DNA of 64,000 nt from Pyrinomonadaceae bacterium (GTDB lineage: Bacteria > Acidobacteriota > Blastocatellia > Pyrinomonadales > Pyrinomonadaceae): contig DASVRL010000422.1 of NCBI GenBank assembly GCA_036388635.1, positions 1,098 to 65,097 on the forward strand. The letters are read 5' to 3'. The position numbers and the translations under genes are program-made. The notes beneath the pieces were generated by a model. It did not search any database. It was not told the origin of the DNA and saw nothing but the letters and a program-made list of their open reading frames with translations. Positions 63,191-64,000 of this stretch are shown piece after piece (the first letter of the stretch is position 1; every line of letters starts with the position of its first letter).

Positions 63191-64000
63191 TCAACTCCAT
63201 TTTACTTCAAACAGCGAGACGGGCTGCAAGCGATTTTTTACCTGCAGAGGCTCCTGCGGTTTTAAAGAAACCGGCTCGTTGCACGCCTTGGCGGTCGCTT
63301 CGCTGATTAAGATTTGCCCGCCTTGCGCGTTTGATTCGAGTCTTGAAGCCAGATTGACCGTATCGCCGATTGCCGTGTATTCACTTCGCTTGTCCGAACC
63401 GATATACCCGACCGTCGCGACGCCGGTATGAAGCCCGATGCCGACGCCGATTTGATTAAAACCCTCGTTTTTCAATTCTTCGTTCAGCGTCTGGATTCTT
63501 TTCTGCATCGCCATCGCCGCGTGCAGAGCGTTTTTCGCATCGTCGGGCGTGGCGGTCGGCGCGCCGAAAAGCGCCATCAAGCCGTCGCCCGTGTATTTAT
63601 CGAGCGTTCCGCCGTGCGCGAAAATTATCTCGCTCATCGCCGAAAAAAAGCGATTTAAAAGCCCGACAATCCTTTCCGGATTTTCGTTCTCGGAAATCGC
63701 TGTAAAGCCGCGAATGTCGGCAAACAAAACCGTAATTGTCTGGTTGACGCCGCCCAGACGAAACGAATCCGGATTTTCCAGCAGCTGTTTGACGACGTAT
63801 TCGGGCATAAAACGGCTGTAATTCGCCCGCGCCACTTCTTCGCGCGCTAGGCGTTTATGAGCTTTGACGGTTTCTACCGTGACGGCGGTTTGCGCCGCGA
63901 CCGCGCTGATCAGCTCCAAATCTTCCTGGCTGAAGGCGGCAAACGGGTCGAGACGGTCGGCGTAGACGACGCCGTGAACGTTCGATTCGGTTATCAAAGG
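63191..64000 (-). CDS. class III adenylate/guanylate cyclase domain protein, N-terminus beyond window
   Basis: It has VLFADIRGFTAISE, GDGLMALFGAP and YTAIGDTVNLASRLE. The upstream part (GAF-like) runs off the right edge of the window. Confidence 0.88.
   Translation of the reverse strand, partial: PLITESNVHGVVYADRLDPFAAFSQEDLELISAVAAQTAVTVETVKAHKRLAREEVARANYSRFMPEYVVKQLLENPDSFRLGGVNQTITVLFADIRGFTAISENENPERIVGLLNRFFSAMSEIIFAHGGTLDKYTGDGLMALFGAPTATPDDAKNALHAAMAMQKRIQTLNEELKNEGFNQIGVGIGLHTGVATVGYIGSDKRSEYTAIGDTVNLASRLESNAQGGQILISEATAKACNEPVSLKPQEPLQVKNRLQPVSLFEVKWS

Noticed and set aside
1-64000. Search for tRNA, rRNA, tmRNA, RNase P, known riboswitches and defence-system hallmarks such as Cas, restriction-modification, Abi, retron RT, CBASS cyclase or large ATPase/nuclease pairs
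   Set aside because: Nothing in any intergenic region or ORF resembled these to my eye. Absence cannot be proven without covariance-model or HMM scans.

Overview
All calls are made by eye from the sequence and the supplied ORF track; no searches were run. Family names rest on motifs I recognise. The window is a 64 kb bacterial chromosomal segment, roughly 50-58% G+C in hand-counted stretches. About 60 genes are credible, and I saw no rRNA, tRNA, CRISPR array, transposase or integrase. Gene content suggests Acidobacteriota, but that is inference only: a VWFA-type secreted protein, an ECF sigma factor coupled to a Ser/Thr kinase with a PD40 beta-propeller, and many HEAT/TPR/FG-GAP proteins.

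Layout, left to right:
- 1-14 kb: housekeeping and miscellaneous genes. These include an isolated atpG, a VanZ-like gene, an SPFH/zinc-ribbon gene, an esterase, lipB, a TlpA-like gene, a PepSY gene, an atypical LuxR-type regulator, a YhhW-like pirin, a quinone oxidoreductase, an SDR and a VWA protein.
- 14.17-15.6 kb: a strongly AT-rich islet of about 1.4 kb. It sits next to an orphan signal-peptide stub and carries a translationally coupled pair, a free-standing papain/C39-like cysteine peptidase and an 82-aa basic partner. This is my best candidate for an undescribed module.
- 15.6-17.4 kb: a Fur/PerR-type regulator with a perfect 7-1-7 operator, a 2-Cys peroxiredoxin and a thioredoxin-like protein.
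- 17.5-26.2 kb: a DUF5685-like membrane protein with an extreme Cys-rich tail, DUF4112, a secreted HEAT-cyclophilin fusion, cdaA-cdaR, a short CDF-like protein and an M50/CBS protease.
- 26.3-32 kb: a frameshifted FG-GAP gene, the ECF sigma plus Ser/Thr kinase-PD40 pair, and a beta-lactamase-fold hydrolase.
- 32-39.6 kb: a patch of small unknown genes, a multi-PAS/GAF histidine kinase with its NarL-type regulator, and a sigma-region-2-only ORF.
- 40-46.7 kb: a cluster of DUF4331, TPR, BON, SnoaL-like and two His-rich Ni/Co-type transporter genes.
- 46.9-61.9 kb: an ABC-transporter-type polysaccharide cluster. It has a perosamine-synthase-like aminotransferase, gmd, fcl, five glycosyltransferases, GNAT, FkbM, asnB-like and Wzt-like genes, and no Wzm.
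- 62-64 kb: an orphan MreB-like gene and a partial class III cyclase.

Many intergenic gaps are filled by long imperfect palindromes built from tandem units of about 7 nt. At least three sequence families occur twice each in this window.
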